From Camelus dromedarius (Eukaryota): a stretch of DNA of 64,000 bases. Shown here one piece after another: positions 26,011 to 61,800 of the stretch. Under the pieces are notes generated by a model. It was not told where the DNA came from, made no database searches, and saw nothing but the letters and a program-made list of their open reading frames with translations. Both the position numbers and the translations under genes were made by a program. The stretch's first letter is position 1, and every line of letters begins with the position of its first letter. The stretch covers positions 102,302,001-102,366,000 of the forward strand of contig NC_087472.1 in NCBI RefSeq assembly GCF_036321535.1. The letters run 5' to 3'.

Positions 26011-26974
26011 GTAAGACTTTTTAGCAACACACCCAGGTGTTCTTCTCATGTCAGTTCTTTTTGCTGATAAAGTGATTACAGTCACGTTTAAAAGAATTGC
26101 TCTGGAGTCAAAGATCTACTTTTTTTTAAAAACAAGCTCCTTCAGTTACAAGCTGTGAGATCATGAGCAAGTTACCTCTCTGAGCCTCAGTCTCCTCAAC
26201 TATATAATGGGTTTGACAGTACGACTTATAATATTCATAGGGTTCTCATGAGACAAATTACCTAATATATATAAAATAACTGGCACACACTATCTATTCA
26301 ATAAGTGTTAGTGGTTATTATTATCATATTCTAAATTCAACTTCCTGTCTCAGGGACTCACTATCAAAATGTATCAGACAAGAATAGACACATATTGAAC
26401 ATGTATATTAATTACACAAATATAAGTTAACTATAATGTTAAAGAAACTGGCTATGACTGTTACACTCCTAATACAGTTTCCTTAAGATGCTAGAAATCT
26501 ATCTTAATGATACTTCTGTTCAGTAAATTTTTTTTAAATCTGCAAAAAAAAGAATAGACATATTTTTCTTCATTCTCTGGATTTGTTTCTAATTTTTATA
26601 ATATCATACCATTTAGTTTTTTTTTCCAAAACCACATCCTCTGTAAACTCACGTGTAGTGACAGAAAGCAGATCAGTGGTTTTTCTGGGGCCATAGATGG
26701 AGGAAGGGGCACAAGGAAACCTCTGGGCATGATTAAAATGTTCTTTCATTTTGGTGGTGCTTTCATGGATGTTTACATCTGTCAGAACTTGTTGAATTGT
26801 ATACTTTAAATGGGTACAGTTTACGGTACATAAACTATTCCTCCATAAAGCTAAAGCACATACCTTATTATGAGACAAGTTAGGAAATAGAAATGCTATC
26901 TGGATATTGATACCAAGGAATTGTTACTTTTTTTTGGTGTGTGAGAATATTGAATTTTTTTCAAAAGGAGCCCT

Positions 26975-27670
26975 TGGAATCTTCATACACTGTTGGTGGG
27001 AATGTAAATTGGCATAGCCACTATGGAAAACAGTGTGGAGGCTCCTCAAAAAATTAATAGAGTTACCATATGATCCAGTGATTCCACTTTTGGCTATTTA
27101 TTCAAAGAATATGAAAACATTAATTTAAAAAGGTATATGCACCCCTATGTTCATCGCAGCATTATTTATAATTGCCAAGATATGGAAACAACCCAAGTGC
27201 CCATCAACAGATGAATGCATAAAAAAGATGTCAGATATATATACATATGTTCACACACACACAATGGAACATTATTCAGCCATAAAAAATGGTGAAATCT
27301 TGCCATTGTGACAACATGGATGATCCTGAAGGTGTTATGCTAAGTGAAATAAGTCAGACAGAGATATTAAGGCATATGATTTCACACATAAATGGAATGT
27401 AAAAAACACGCACACAAAAAAATCACAATGAACAAACCAAACCAAACAAAATCAAACATGTAGATACAGAGAACAGAGTAGTGGTTACCAGAGGGGATGG
27501 GGGGAAAGGCAAAGAGGGTAAAGGGGGTCCAGTGTATGGTGATGGATGGAAACTAAATTTTTGGTCGTGAGCAAGGTGTAATGTGTGCAGAAATAGAAAT
27601 ATAATGTATGTATGAAACTTATATAATGTTATAAACCAATATTAACTTCAATTTAAAAATAATAAAAATG
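26975..27670 (+). mobile_element. L1 ORF2 3' end and 3' UTR
   Basis: actgttggtgggaatgtaaattgg...ttatgctaagtgaaataagtcagaca...cttcaatttaaaaa. Confidence 0.85.
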
Positions 27671-27999
27671 AGCCCTTATATTTTAGACATGCATATAGAA
27701 GTATCTACAGATGAAATAATATAAAATGTGATATTTGCATCAAAATAATGAGAGATGGCAGGAGTGGATGGAGGGACAGATGTAACACATGTGACCATGA
27801 GCTGATAATTATTGAAGCTGGGTGGGGAAGGCATGGGGGTTCATTTACTATTCTATTTCCTTTTTGTATGTTTGAAACTGTCTATAATTTAAAATTTTAA
27901 TACCCCATACATGCAGGAACTACTGTCTTTACTTCAGTTAATAAATGGAACAAGACTGAAAGCATCACTAAGGTTTTTTACTTGTTGCTGCACACCTCT

Positions 28000-28830
28000 T
28001 TTAATTTTAATTTTTAAATAAAAATTTGAGATAATTATAGAATCACGTGCAGTTGTAAAGAATATTATAGAGACATCCTTTTTACACTCTGTCAAGTTTC
28101 TTCCAAAGGTAACATCTTGCAAAACCATAGTGTGTTATCACAACCAGGACACTGCTGTTGATACAGGTCACTAATTCAGATTTCCTCAGTTTTACTTGTA
28201 CTCATGTATGTGTATTAAGTGCTATATAATTTTCTTTTTTTTTTCTGTTTGTTTGGTTTTTTTGGCAGGGGGAGAGGTTTATTTATTAATTTATTTTTAA
28301 TGGAGGTACTGGGGATTGAACCCAGGATCTTGTGCATGCTAAGCACATGCTCTACCACTAAGCTATACCCTTCCTCCCTCCCCCATGCTATACAATTTTA
28401 TTCCTGTGTAGGTTCATGTATCCACCACCACTGTCAAGATACTGGAGCGTTCCAATACCATCGGCACAAGGAATCCTCATTTTCCCATTTTATAATCACG
28501 CTTATATTCCCAAACCCCCACCCCTAATCCCTAATCTCTGACCACTACTAATCTCTCCTCTATTTCTAAAGTTTTGTCATTTTAAAAATGCTGTATGAAT
28601 GGAATCATAAAGTATGTAACCTCTTGGGGCTGGCTATTTTCACTCAACATAACTCCCTACAGATTCACCCAAGTTATGTGTACCAACAGTTCCTTCCTTT
28701 TTATTGCTGAGTACTATTCCATGGTAGAGAGGTAGTGCAGCTTAACTATTCACCAGTGGAAGGACATCTAGGCTGATTTCAGTTCTCGGCGGTTGCAAAT
28801 AAAGCTGTTATGAACATTCACAGATGCATT
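28000..28830 (-). mobile_element. L1MC-like 3' end, antisense, containing a SINE
   Basis: ggtaacatcttgcaaaaccatag, atggaatcataaagtatgtaacct. Confidence 0.7.
28234..28384 (-). mobile_element. Vic-1-type SINE
   Basis: Antisense head; imperfect TSD tgctat(at/ac)aatttt. Confidence 0.9.
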
Positions 28831-29409
28831 TTTCGTCTAACATTTTGTTTTGCTATCAGTATAATAATTTCCCCTTCTATTCATTAATTTTAGAAAATGG
28901 GTAATTAAGCAAACTTTCCAAATAAAATTTATTAGCTTAATCTATATATTTGAAGCATGTGTAATTTCCCTTAAGAGAGATTACGAAGGATTTTCTCAAT
29001 GATATAGTGAATTTCTCTGGCTTTCCTTCTAACATATTTTGAAAAGCAAGTCTCAAAAGGAATTTGTAAATGACCTTATGGTAACAGAACTTTTGATGAC
29101 TAAGATAGCTTTACATCAATGCTGGTTTCTTCTTTGTTATAATCAAATGGAGCAATCTTCCTGTACCTTTCTGTATCTCATAAATAAATATTAGGAGGCA
29201 TATTTTCCAATTGATACACTCATATGCCATAACTAAGGGCCCAAGAACATGTTACAGGTTTGAAACTTGTGCCCTTAGGTCTATTGGCATAAGGTACAAT
29301 AATGATATAATTTACATTCAGGTATAGATATATTGAAATTTTCTAATTTATCAGGAATTCTATTTTCAAAAACAATTACACATGCTTTCAAAGGCAAAGC
29401 ATGCTTTTG

Positions 29410-29960
29410 TTGTGGTTATTTGCCTGCTTTTGCTCTAAGCTGACCCTTTTTTCACTCTGCTCTGTGACACCAGGGCTGGGACTCTGGAAACTGCTATTCT
29501 CCAAACTCCCAAGCCAGCTGCCTTCCCATTAGGTTCTGTCAATGGGAGGCTCTGATGGGAAACTGGAAGGAGGGACAAGGGACCTCTGGTTGTCAGTTTC
29601 CATCAAAAGCCCCCACTCTCCCCACACCTTGCGCTTGGCTCCAGCCTCCGGCTTCCTTCCTCCTTCCCAACATCACCATACCAGGTCCCCGCAGGGGCAC
29701 CAGCACCCATGAGCCACGTCTTCCGTGGTCTGAGCAGGGCTGTGTGCAGCGCACCAACCAGCACACGGCCTCTCCTCCAAGCTTCCAGGTTCTGGTAACA
29801 CCACTTCTTTCCTTTTGTTCCCCCAGCTCTAAGTGTGCTAGCTGCTTCTTGCAGTGACTAATATCAGCCCTAGGGGTACAGGAAGCAGTGACAAATATCC
29901 AGGTTACCTTGTGGTCCTCTCAGCTAAGCACCCAATTCTCTGTGTTGAATCCACTCTATT
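29410..29960. mobile_element. Old ERVL-type LTR (LTR33-like)
   Basis: ctctgctctgtga...gggctgggactctggaaact...ttaggttctgtcaatgggaggc, recalled consensus. Confidence 0.55.
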
Positions 29961-32760
29961 GGAAACACTTTGCACGAATATTTTCCTGTAGCTTTTATAC
30001 AATTTTGCAAATATTTTACTATCTTATCTATTTCCTCTCAAACCCCAAAGGCCATATTCCTTACTTAAGAGAATCTGTGGTTGAATCCAGGACTTGGAGG
30101 GGGTAGGGGTTAAGGTTAGGTGAACATGAGAGGTTCTTTGGTTGTAAGCAACAGACTCAGGCCAGCTTAAGCAAAAAGGAATGTGGAAGGACACGGAGGA
30201 GCTCACAGAACAAAAGGAGCCATTCTAGACACCTAGGAAGCAGGAACCAGAGGCCAGCACCTTGGGGTGCTTCACCAGCAGGTCTAAGGAATCCACATGC
30301 CAGGAAGGGTGTGGCTAACTGGCCCCCAGGGGGTTAAGTACCTGCCCGTTGGCTGGTGGAGAGCAGGGTATCATGATGGACAGTCCTACCACACTGTAAG
30401 AAATCTGAAGAAGGAAGAGGACCTCACGCCCCCAAAAAATTTAGCATGCTGCTCCCTGGAGAAGGCCAGCAATTATAACAAACTGTCGCTACAGTGAACT
30501 TTAGAAGAGATCTTGAGTGGTAAATTAAAATTCATTGTGTACTAAAACTTTGAATAAAAGAACAATATGCTTGGGGTAGACTGCTCAGAGCAATTTTTCT
30601 AAAAGAAGGTTCTACATTGGAAGCCTTTTCATTTCTGCGTATGGATTGGGAAAAGGCCAGGAGGAATTTCCTAGTCAATATTTTTCGTTTGACAAATATT
30701 TATTTACTACGCACCAGTGAGTCTAAGCCCCAGAGATTCTGGTCCAGGTCATTTTCTTTATTCACTATCACCAATGCTGAACTCATGTAGCCTAACAGTA
30801 ACAGCGAGCACAGCAGGGTAAGGTGGCTTTTCAGAAATCCAGAGGCACATGCCATAAAGGTTAAAAAATAACACATTTATAAGTATAAAACAATTACTTC
30901 ACTCCATCTAATAAAATATCACAATAGTAAATGAAAACAAAGTACAAGTTCAAACAAGTACAATGTGTTTTCAATTTTATAATGATTTTCCTTCAACTCC
31001 CTCTCACATAACTGCATTAAATATTTTAAGAGAAATTACTTAGAATTCTAGCACACTAAGATAACCCTTTCCATTTGTAGAGCAATATACAAAGAATAAA
31101 GTAACCATCATCCATAGTTATCAGTAACCGAGAGACAGTGACTATTAATGTTTTGGTGTATTTTCTTCCACTCCTAATGATTTGGATGAAAATAATTTGG
31201 CCAGAAACAAAATTGGTATTCTTTACGCTCTTCTTTTGCTTGTGTAATTTTCAGATTTTTCCGTTTAGCAAAGCTACCATAGTGAGAAAAACAAACAATA
31301 AAGGAATGTATAAAAGAGCAGGAGCTGTTACATGCCTTGTTTATTCCAGGTATCTCCAGTTCCCAGAACACTGCTTGGCACACAGTAGGTACTGCAACAT
31401 TTTTTTTTGAATGGCTAAGATTTTTGCCCAAAGCTAGTAAGACCGGGATGCTATCGAACACAGAATCACCCGCACCTTTGTCTGGGTATTATTTCCCTCT
31501 CTCATTCCTTTTGGTAAACAGTTTATTCTATCACATAGGATCACTTTTGCTGTCTCAATATTTAAGACTGATTAAATTCAAATTCCAACACTCACCAGCC
31601 ATGTGACCTTGGCACCTGCTGCCTGAGCGTCCTCGTCTGGTAAGCTCTAGTCCAGTTGCTGGGGGTACAACAAAACAAAGTCCTGCCATCAATTTACATT
31701 CTAGTGTAGGAGGAAAAGCCTATGAACAAACATATGTCAAGTGGTGATAAGTGCCATGAGAAAAGGGAAAGTAAAGGGGATAGAAAATGATTACCTGGGG
31801 GCAGATGAGGGTGTGCTGCTATTTTATAAAGGGTGGTCAGGGAGTGGATAGAAGTTTCAAAAATACACTAGTGTCCAGTCTCAAACCACAAGTTGTGACG
31901 AAGTGCGAACATGGAATCAACATAGGGGGTAATTTGCATATTTTAAAAAATGAAATAAATTACCAGAATGCATCACACATATTAAAGGTCAGCAACGTGT
32001 GGTGTATGTAACTTGTTCTGGTTTATATACAAGTGTTCTAGCCTGTAAAACATGGCTGGTGTGGAGAAAGTGGTGGTTAACACTGTAGCAACTTTGAGAT
32101 AAGCAGTCTTAGAGAAATGTACCTAAACAGCGCATCTCTTGGTTAAGATGGCCCACATCTTATGGGTGCACCTGTTGGTGTCTTATTCCATTGGTAGACT
32201 CAGCTGAGCAAGAGAGACCGACAACCACAGAAAAAGTGGGAGAAAAGATTAGGACAAGCGTGAAGAAGTCGGGGTGAAAGGCCAAACCAAAACTGAACAG
32301 TTAAGTAATTCAAGAAAGAAAACTGATGTTACATTTTTGAGGCAAAAAAATACCTGACCAGAAAAAGATTTTAAAAAATTTAGAGACCCAGAACTGACGG
32401 ATTCAATTTAAGAACAACAACAGAAATCCAAAGCTAACGAAATAGGCTGTACATGATACTTTTGGATTTAGTGTATGATAGTACCTGAATATTTTCAGAA
32501 ACTCCCCAAATATCTGCTCCCTATCCACTCCAACCCTCAGTGAGGTAGACAGCATAAAAAATTTTAGTAATATCGTCTGGGAAGGTTTCTTTTCTTTCAA
32601 CCCTTTTAATGTTTAATGGGTTTTGGAAATCATGCCTACCCATCAGAAATAAGTAAAATATATTAATGGGAGACTGGAAATCGTCTCCGAAGACTTCTCT
32701 GACTGTGCACACGAGTTAGTTCCCACTGAAGCAGAGCTCTAAGGCACAATTATTGTACAA

Positions 32761-33060
32761 CAAGGTGGGCAGACTACAATCCTCTGTCTAAATCTAACTC
32801 GCCACCTGTTTTTGTAGGGTCCACGAGCTCAGAAAGATTTGTTTCCATTTTCAAGCAGTTGAAAAAAATCAAAAGAACATTTTGTGACCCGTGAAAATTG
32901 TATGAAGTTCAAATTTCAGTGTCTATAAAGTTTCACTGGAATACAGCCAGGTTCATCCATATTGTCTAGGGCTGTTTTCTCGCTACAAGCTGCGTGATTG
33001 GCCCCAAAGCCTAAAGTTTACTATCTGGTCAATTTTAGAAAAATGTCTACCAACCAGTGT
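32761..33060. mobile_element. MER58B-like hAT element
   Basis: gccacctgtttttgta...gtgaaaattgtatgaagttcaaatttcagtgtc...aaagcctaaagtttactatctgg. Confidence 0.8.
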
Positions 33061-34211
33061 TTTAGACAAGAGGGCTGTATTGTTTAAACACCCTTCCAAC
33101 CTTCTTCCCTCTTCAGCCGCTCCTCCCCTCCCCAGTTTCAGTCACTAACATTCCTGGGCCTGACATGAAAGGGAGAGCGTTATAATAATGAATTGTATCG
33201 TATCGGAAACTAAGAGACACCAGACAGTAAATTTCTATATAAGGCAATACAACTGGTTCCGCTAAGGACTAGAGTAGCGCCTGGGTTTGTTTTCCCGATC
33301 AGAAAAGTGGGCATCAGAGCAGCAACTATACAATTTCGTTTGAGAATCACCAAGGTCACATGCATGAAAGCATTTGGAAAATAATAAGGCAGCAAGCGTT
33401 TGGACAGGGGGGTGCTTTTGCAGGGGGAGCCTCTCTCGGAGCCTGGATGTAGACTGAGGTTCCCTTTGCACTAGGAACCTCGGCCACCTCCCCCCACCCC
33501 GTTCCCTCGGCTCCTGGCCCTCATTTTCATTCTGTTTTGGCCTTGCAGCCCGCTTTCTCCTCACCCCCACGCACTCCTCAGGGGCTACCAAGTCCCTGGG
33601 CAGAGCAGGTCTCAGGCAAGCCAGCCCTGGGTCAGCTGAGCCCAGCTCTCCCCAGCTTCTTCACTAGGAGTGGGGTCACCCTGGGACCCCCTCAGGTGAC
33701 AAGCATGACTCAGCAGGGTCCGTAGCTGGGACGGAGGCTAGAACGCCAGTGCAGGGACAAAGTCCCCTGCAGCAGGAGAGAGTGCAAACATCATTTTAAG
33801 TATCCAAATTTGTGAAAAAACGAAAATGTAATTCAAATCAGCTTCGGGGCGTTGGCGGCCTGTGCCTGCACAGGCCTTAGGTTTAAGCCTACGAGGGAAG
33901 CCCGGCGGCTTCTGCAGTCAGAAAACGCCCGCGGCCTCTGCAAAAGGCCCCCCCTTGCCTCCGACTAACCCCATCTCGGCTCGACCAGGTCCCAGGAAAG
34001 GCCAGTCGGCTGGAGGAAGACCTTTCGGGATGCACAGAATTGTATGCCCGTGATTATCAGGGAGACTTTGAGGGCACAGTAATCTCTCGAGACTAGAAAC
34101 CATTTTCCTCTCTCGCTGAGATTTTGCTTGGCTAAGCGGCAGCAAACTCCCTGCCCCCCTCCCCCCCGCCACGGCCACCGCCACCGCCGCTCCAAGCAGC
34201 CACGCCCCGCG

Positions 34212-34246
34212 GCCCCAGGGCTCGCCGCCCCAGGGCTCGCAGCCCC
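34212..34246. repeat. 15-bp tandem duplication in the promoter
   Basis: GCCCCAGGGCTCGCC GCCCCAGGGCTCGCA GCCCC. Confidence 0.85.
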
Positions 34247-34801
34247 CACGCAGCTTGCACGCCGCACCTCCCTTCGCCCCACCCCCGGGCGCCCCCATCC
34301 GCCCCCGCGGCCGGCCCTGGGAGCACTGGGCGAGTCCTCGCGCCTGCGCCTCGGCAACTTCCTGCCGTGGAACACCCCGCCCACCCCCCCAGAAGCCCGC
34401 CTCCGAACCCCCCGCGAAACCTGCCTGCAGCACGTCATTCGTCGAAACAGCAGAGCCGTTGGCTCCCAGGCCCGCCTCTCCACCGCCTCTCACTTTTCCC
34501 AGGGCGGATGCGCCTGCGCTCAGCTGCCTGGGCGGGCTGGGAGGCGCGGGTTGAAAAGTCTCGTTCCAAGTTTGGAGAGAGAGAGAAGAGCGCCTCAGAC
34601 CTCGGTACCCGCAAGCGGGGAGGAGGCAGGAGAGAAGGACGTAGCGTCTGGGGAGCACCCAGGCTGTAAGACGGAGCTCAGGCTTCGAAAGCTAGAAGTG
34701 TGTGACGCTCCTGGGAAAGGCAGGAGCGCCTGCGGTTGGGCTGCTCTTGACTAGCGAGGGGAGTCCGAAGCGGCGGCGAGGGGCGAACGACCCGACGCAA
34801 G

Positions 34802-57470
<22,669 letters not shown>

Positions 57471-57834
57471 ACCCAAAGTACGAGAAACGTTTCTGTTGAA
57501 TGTAATGCTACACAAAAGCTTGGTTTATCAAGCGCCAAAAAGGCATTGTATAGTAGAGTCTAAGTGGGGTGGCGTATGGCGTTCTTTACCTTCTGATCCT
57601 AGCACTTTCAAGTGAGCTATTGCGTACTGTATCATATTGTAGCTTTTAGGGAAGAAAGGAATGTTGCTTAAGAAAGATCATCAGCGTTGTTTTAAAATAC
57701 AAGTAGCAGGGTACTGCCTTTGATTCAAGTATTTTAAGTCCTCGTTTTCTCAGACTAAGTGCTTGCTGTGCGCAAATACGCAAGAATAACTTTTACACTT
57801 TTTCCCTCCAACACTTCTTGATTGGCTTTGCAGA

Positions 57835-57840
57835 AATAAA
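57835..57840 (+). terminator. RBBP7: RBBP7 polyadenylation signal AATAAA
   Basis: AATAAA about 365 nt after the stop codon, followed by a T-rich tract (57854-57870) and a GT-rich stretch. Confidence 0.8.
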
Positions 57841-58849
57841 GTTTTAAAATAATTCTTGTTTTATTCTTTTAGAACCTGGGTAGAGGTGGGGATGTGTGTG
57901 TGTGTCCCTTTATGAGGAAGCAGTTAGGTATACATGTTGAGAACTTGCTGAATTTCTTTCCACGTTACATGACTATCTGATGCAAAGGTGGTGAGAACTT
58001 AGGTGTCTGTATTTTGTGAACCTAGAACTACCTGACTTCCATGTCATTTCATCTATAGCCTATTTGTGCCTGACCTTGGGCAGTTGTAAGCAAACCCTAG
58101 ATTTCTCCCCGAGAAAGAATGCTTGTGTGGCCAGTTAGCTAAGGGGACAACCCAGCCTGCAGCTTGGCCATCAACCTCTTCTGTAAGGACTGCCATCTAG
58201 GGGTGGTTTTTACATTGATTCTTAAAAGTTGTTGAGGGAAAAAACCACCAGAACTACACCATACAGACCTTGGAGCCCACTAATCCTAAAATACTCAGTA
58301 CCTGACTCAGAAAAAAGGCTTGCCAACCTGTTACATTTGATTGTACGTGCTCAGACACTTTTTGCTCACCATCAAGGTCTTTTCCTATGCGCCTCTGTGT
58401 ATGTACCCACTTTCTTTTTCAGCTAGGCACACCTGTAGTGTTCTAACAGCTGCCCAAACTGGAGAAATCCATAGTCCTTATAGATCTGTAAATATTTGAC
58501 AGCAGCTACGCTGTAGAATTTTTTTTCTAGTCATCTACTTTAGTGGTTTACAAAAAGGTACTAATAGAAGTCTAGCTACACAAAAACTTGCGTCACCCAG
58601 AGTGGCTGCTGCCCTGCCTCTTTCTTAGAACGTACAATAATGAAACCACCTTTTAGGGCCCAAGAAGCAGTATCTACAACTGTCTTTGGGCCATGATATT
58701 TAGAAAAAGTACCTTTTCTTCTTAGCTTTGAAGGAGAACAACTGATTAGAAATGTAACAAAATAAATTTAGGCCAGAAGTTTTACTTTATGATTAAAGAT
58801 AGCTGGGTTAATGTCTTCACACGGGCAACAAAAGAATACACAGAAGCTG

Positions 58850-61543
58850 TTAAATTTATCATACATATTTACTTAATCTATACAGAATTGAGTAGATAAA
58901 ATCAGATTCACATTAGTGAAAAATCTCTACAAAATGTCTTTGAAAAGCAAAACAAGACTGCCTCAACAATTTGTATCCTCATGAAAGACGTGGGCTGTAA
59001 AAATAAAGCAGTGTGTTTAGCACAAACTAGAAGATATCTGCATCGTTTTTTCACAGTTATTTCCATCTACAGTCTGAAAGAGGTAGATTTTTCTGCAACA
59101 CCTGAGAATTGAACTGATAACCAGGTGTAATAAAGGCAGTTGCATACATAACTAAAAAATACTGGTCTCAAGACCAAGAAATGTACTCCTACAAGTCTGA
59201 GGATGAAATGGTCCATTATCCAGGACCCAAGTTTTCTCTACTCCTTAGAGTCTCCTGTCACTATAAATAATACATAGCAAGATTCCATGATGGTGCAACA
59301 AATGCAGTTGAAGTGATTTTTGACATTTCAACCTTTTCTGAGCCAGCCTGGTAACAATACAGTGTTCTAGAATGTGGTAGGAACAGGGTGTGCTACAAAG
59401 CCACAACACTGGGCTGGCGAGGTGGTTGCTTTAGGAGCATGTCCTTGTCAGAGGGTCCCGTCTGTATTTATTTACAGGGTAACGGGAGGAAAGATTCTGA
59501 AAGGACACCAAAAGCATCCCGGACAGAATCCATATCCTTTAAACACCATGATAGCATCTAGCTAAAAATACATAGGAAGCCAAAAGCAGCAGGCCAAGTA
59601 CTGTGAATCACATTGCTTTATAAAGCCTGTGAAAACAGGCAACAGGTCCGAGGTTTACAATCTTCCACACAGGACAAGCACCACAAAGAAATGTGGTGGG
59701 CTACACAAATGGCTTAAAATGGAAGAGCTGTTCATCCAGCAGAGGTCCTGTGAAATGGGATCATTAGTACTAATCTTACAGTAGAGTGCATTTCTGATAC
59801 ATACCTTAATTTCCTCTTGGGGAAATGAGTCCAGTATTTCATTTAGTAGCCAAAGAGGCTGCTGGAGGAGGCAAAGACTCATTTTGACAGTAATTAGATA
59901 ACTGACTTTGTGGGTTTCTTTTCTGCCACCGTCTGACCCCTTGATTAACCTGATGGAAGCTCAGATAATCATCCTCCACTCCAGGCGCTGTTTCCTATCT
60001 ATTTGGCAATTTTCAATTCTTTTCAACCCAGTTTAGATCATGAATGTGACAGGACAAATAAAACTTTAACAGAGAAAAACCCTTTTAACTGGACAGAAAG
60101 TTTATTCAGTCCAGTAAGCAATGTAAGAAGTGTCAGTTTCGCTCAGTGGAATGTGCTAACATCAGTTCTAGCAGAGCCTTTTTATTTCACGAAGTATTTC
60201 AATGCAAATTATACCAGGGATAAAGTCAAAACTCTCATCAGTGCAGCCTGGTTAATGGTGTGTATAAACTCGGTCACATTCAACATTGTGAAGAACAAAG
60301 GAAGTTAAAGAACGAATCCAAAAGTGATGTGCTGCATTTCCAAAGCCCCCCATTCCAAGTGTAGAGACCTTGATAATACTGGGGTTCTTTTCCTTAAGGG
60401 GGGAAAAAACTAAGGGTGAGAAACAGACTGAAAGCCTAAGTAATTAGATCGTGGCTACTTAACTCTGCTAAGTTTCTCCAAAGTTAAAAATGCTAGTTCC
60501 CTGTCTTTGTTTTGTAATTGAAATCAGTTTCAGTTAGCATAGTCGTAATTAAAATTCCCTTTTAAAAACCCTGGAGGGGAGGGAAAAAAAATCCCAACCC
60601 TAGAGAACTGTGCTGGCAGGACCCTCGGAACAGTTGAACACCACTTTTAAGTAGCCAGAAGGTCGTGGAGGGATTCCCACTTGGCAAAAGCTACACGTGC
60701 TTTTATCCTCGTCGTCTTAAACCAACAAAGGACTTTCAGTGACAGCTTTCCCTGGTAACTGAAGGGTGTGCACCCAAATCCCAAACGGAAAGCAAACCAA
60801 GCACCAGGCTCCCAACACAGCTGGCTTCCAGGTGATCCAAATTCACACACTGCTTCTAACCTGAAACCAGAACAACTGTTTTTTTCGTCACATAATTATT
60901 GAGCCTGTTCCTCAGATGATTTGCCTGTATATACTACTTTGTTTAAAAGTTACACCTTTATGTACATAGTCTGCCCAAACTCAGAATTCCAGGCTTGTGG
61001 TCATCTATCTCAATTTGTCAAGTGATACAAATATCAAACAGCTAATCTGAATCAAATATGCTGTGTTTGCTTCTGACCCAAGCCCAGAGTTTTATTTTTA
61101 CTTGGCATTTAATTGGGCCATCAGACAAAAACGAATCCTCTTGATATTTTCTTTTGAATAATATTGATGGGGGAGGCCAGGGCACTTAGAGTATTGTTTT
61201 CACATCAAGGAACCATTATCAGAACAAAGTTCCCTCGCTGGTCGGCCCTGTCTGGAGTGAAATTTGAATTCGGACAGTTGTGCGCAAGGAGCGGGGGAGA
61301 GGACAAGGCCGTGAGCACATGCACCCGATGGAGGCGGCGGCGGGAGGCGCGCACGCGGCCGAGGAGAGTCAAACTATGCAAACTGCCGAGCAGCCTCCCG
61401 TACCACATCAGTCCAGTAGTTCTAAGAAAATACAGATATAGTAGAAAAAGTAAGAAAATTTTCACCACAAAACCAATAGTCAACTACTAGCAGAGAAAGT
61501 TATCCACAAAATAGAGCTCTCGGTACAGTGATCGCACTCCGTC
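58850..61543 (-). other. TXLNG: TXLNG 3' UTR (extent approximate)
   Basis: Apparently repeat-poor, AT-rich sequence downstream of the TXLNG stop. Minus-strand AATAAA occurs at 61091, 60181, 60101 and 59467, with variant hexamers near 58855-58873. The true 3' end cannot be determined from sequence alone. Confidence 0.55.
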
Positions 61544-61800
61544 TCAGTCAACTAGCTCGACGCCGGGCGCGGCCTCCGGGGCACCCCCGGCTGGGGCGCT
61601 GGGCCAGGGGCGCGGCTGGTCGGGGGAAGCACGGGCGGCGCAGGCCTGGGGCCCCAGCGGTGCTGGGCCCAGGCCCGGGCCCGCGCCCGCCGCCCTGCCC
61701 GACACCTGTTCCTTTAGGACCTCCACCTTCTCGTTGAGCTCGTTCCTCTCGGTCTGCAGGGCCCGGCACAGCTTCTCGAGCCGGTCCAGTTTGATCTGAA
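61250..61800. promoter_or_regulatory. CpG-island-like segment over the TXLNG terminal exon and proximal 3' UTR
   Basis: Dense CpG/GC (e.g. GGCGGCGGCGGGAGGCGCGCACGCGGCCG, CGCCGGGCGCGGCC) within AT-rich surroundings. Confidence 0.7.

Noticed and set aside
61528..61769. Alternative-frame ORFs over the TXLNG last exon
   Set aside because: By-products of high GC content; only the frame continuing the taxilin coiled coil is supported.
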